DNA from: Cyclobacteriaceae bacterium
GTDB lineage: Bacteria; Bacteroidota; Bacteroidia; Cytophagales; Cyclobacteriaceae
Direction of reading: 5' to 3'
Length of the DNA stretch: 64,000 nt
Assembly: GCA_028278225.1 (NCBI GenBank)
Contig: JANQEU010000031.1
Location: 88,347 to 152,346, forward strand
A program made the translations under genes and the position numbers. Positions 63,626 through 64,000 of this stretch are shown here, in pieces; position 1 is the first letter of the stretch, and the number at the start of each line of letters is the position of its first letter. Under the pieces are notes generated by a model. It saw nothing but the letters and a program-made list of their open reading frames with translations, did not search any database and was not told where the DNA came from.

Positions 63626-64000
63626 TCACTCCTTCAAAATTGATCTCCCGATTACGATTTTCTGGATCTCGGATGTTCCTTCACCAATTGTACAAAGCTT
63701 GGCATCACGGTAAAATTTCTCCACCGGAAAATCTTTGGTATAACCATATCCACCCAGTACCTGAACCGCATGATCGGCCGTTTCAACACACACCTCCGAA
63801 GCAAAGAGCTTGGCCATTGCAGCTTCACGGGTTGCTGTTTCTCCATTATTCTTTTTGTCCCCGGCCCGAAATGTAAGGAGTTTGGCGGCCTCAATTTTGG
63901 TGGCTAATTCAGCTATTCTGAAATGAATACCCTGAAAATTTGAAATGGGCCTGCCGAACTGATATCGTTCCTTCGAATATTTCATAGCAGCGTTCAAAGC
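63626..64000 (-). CDS. Acyl-CoA dehydrogenase, C-terminal part (gene starts beyond the right edge)
   Basis: KERYQFGRPISNFQGIHFRIAE ... GGYGYTKDFPVEKFYRDAKLCTIGEGTSEIQ is the canonical ACAD C-terminal domain. The frame stays open to base 64000. Confidence 0.9.
   Translation of the reverse strand, partial: ALNAAMKYSKERYQFGRPISNFQGIHFRIAELATKIEAAKLLTFRAGDKKNNGETATREAAMAKLFASEVCVETADHAVQVLGGYGYTKDFPVEKFYRDAKLCTIGEGTSEIQKIVIGRSILKE

Noticed and set aside
1-64000. A search of all intergenic gaps longer than 50 nt for tRNA, rRNA, tmRNA or a CRISPR array.
   Set aside because: I saw no cloverleaf-compatible sequence (for example a GGTTCGAATCC-like T-arm), no rRNA-like stretch and no regularly spaced direct repeats. 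This was a by-eye check only and should be confirmed with tRNAscan-SE, Infernal and a CRISPR finder.

Overview
This is a gene-dense, mostly housekeeping chromosomal segment from a member of the Bacteroidota. The phylum call rests on a T9SS C-terminal sorting domain, the OmpH-OmpH-BamA-UppS-DUF6089 and rpsU-xerC-hpf gene orders, TAnnTTTG -7 promoter boxes, and Bacteroidota-type CcmD/CcmE. I can support 66 protein-coding genes (two cut by the window edges), one probable gene relic, nine candidate promoter boxes, several hairpins/terminators and three short-repeat regions. I found no rRNA, tRNA, CRISPR array, transposase, phage gene or recognisable defence gene. Layout from left to right: 1-14770 (all minus strand) is a polysaccharide locus with Wzz, a Wza-like exporter, cysQ-cysN-[four-helix-bundle cassette]-cysD-cysC-DUF2061 and seven nucleotide-sugar genes. 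Next come ccmBCDEF (variant System I), DUF2520, a UbiA prenyltransferase, purN-purH, mreBCD-mrdA-rodA, an acidic hypothetical gene, and ferredoxin-tdk-PorZ-like-recO. These are followed by a 2OG oxygenase, chrA, skp-skp-bamA-uppS with two OM barrels, nadK-CBS-relic-cvpA-yqeY, and pdxJ with a hydrolase. The right part holds DUF2905, a methyltransferase, metK, DJ-1, oadGAB with SDR and AKR, rimP-nusA-infB, cysS, a DUF4143 ATPase, hpf-xerC-rpsU and an acyl-CoA dehydrogenase. The supplied ORF track uses TTG/GTG as starts, so I corrected several starts using conserved N-termini, ATGA/TGATG overlaps and promoter boxes. Verdict: I see no clear-cut, self-contained novel multi-gene system. The best leads are: (1) PAPS synthesis/recycling genes embedded in the polysaccharide locus, suggesting a sulfated polysaccharide; (2) a four-helix-bundle gene cassette with inverted short-repeat flanks splitting cysD from cysN; (3) a four-segment alternating repeat in front of the DUF4143 ATPase; (4) a terminator-like hairpin in the rimP-nusA-infB leader; (5) an in-frame deleted hydrolase relic; (6) a CxxxY-type CcmE system. 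All functional calls come from motif recognition by eye; no searches were run.
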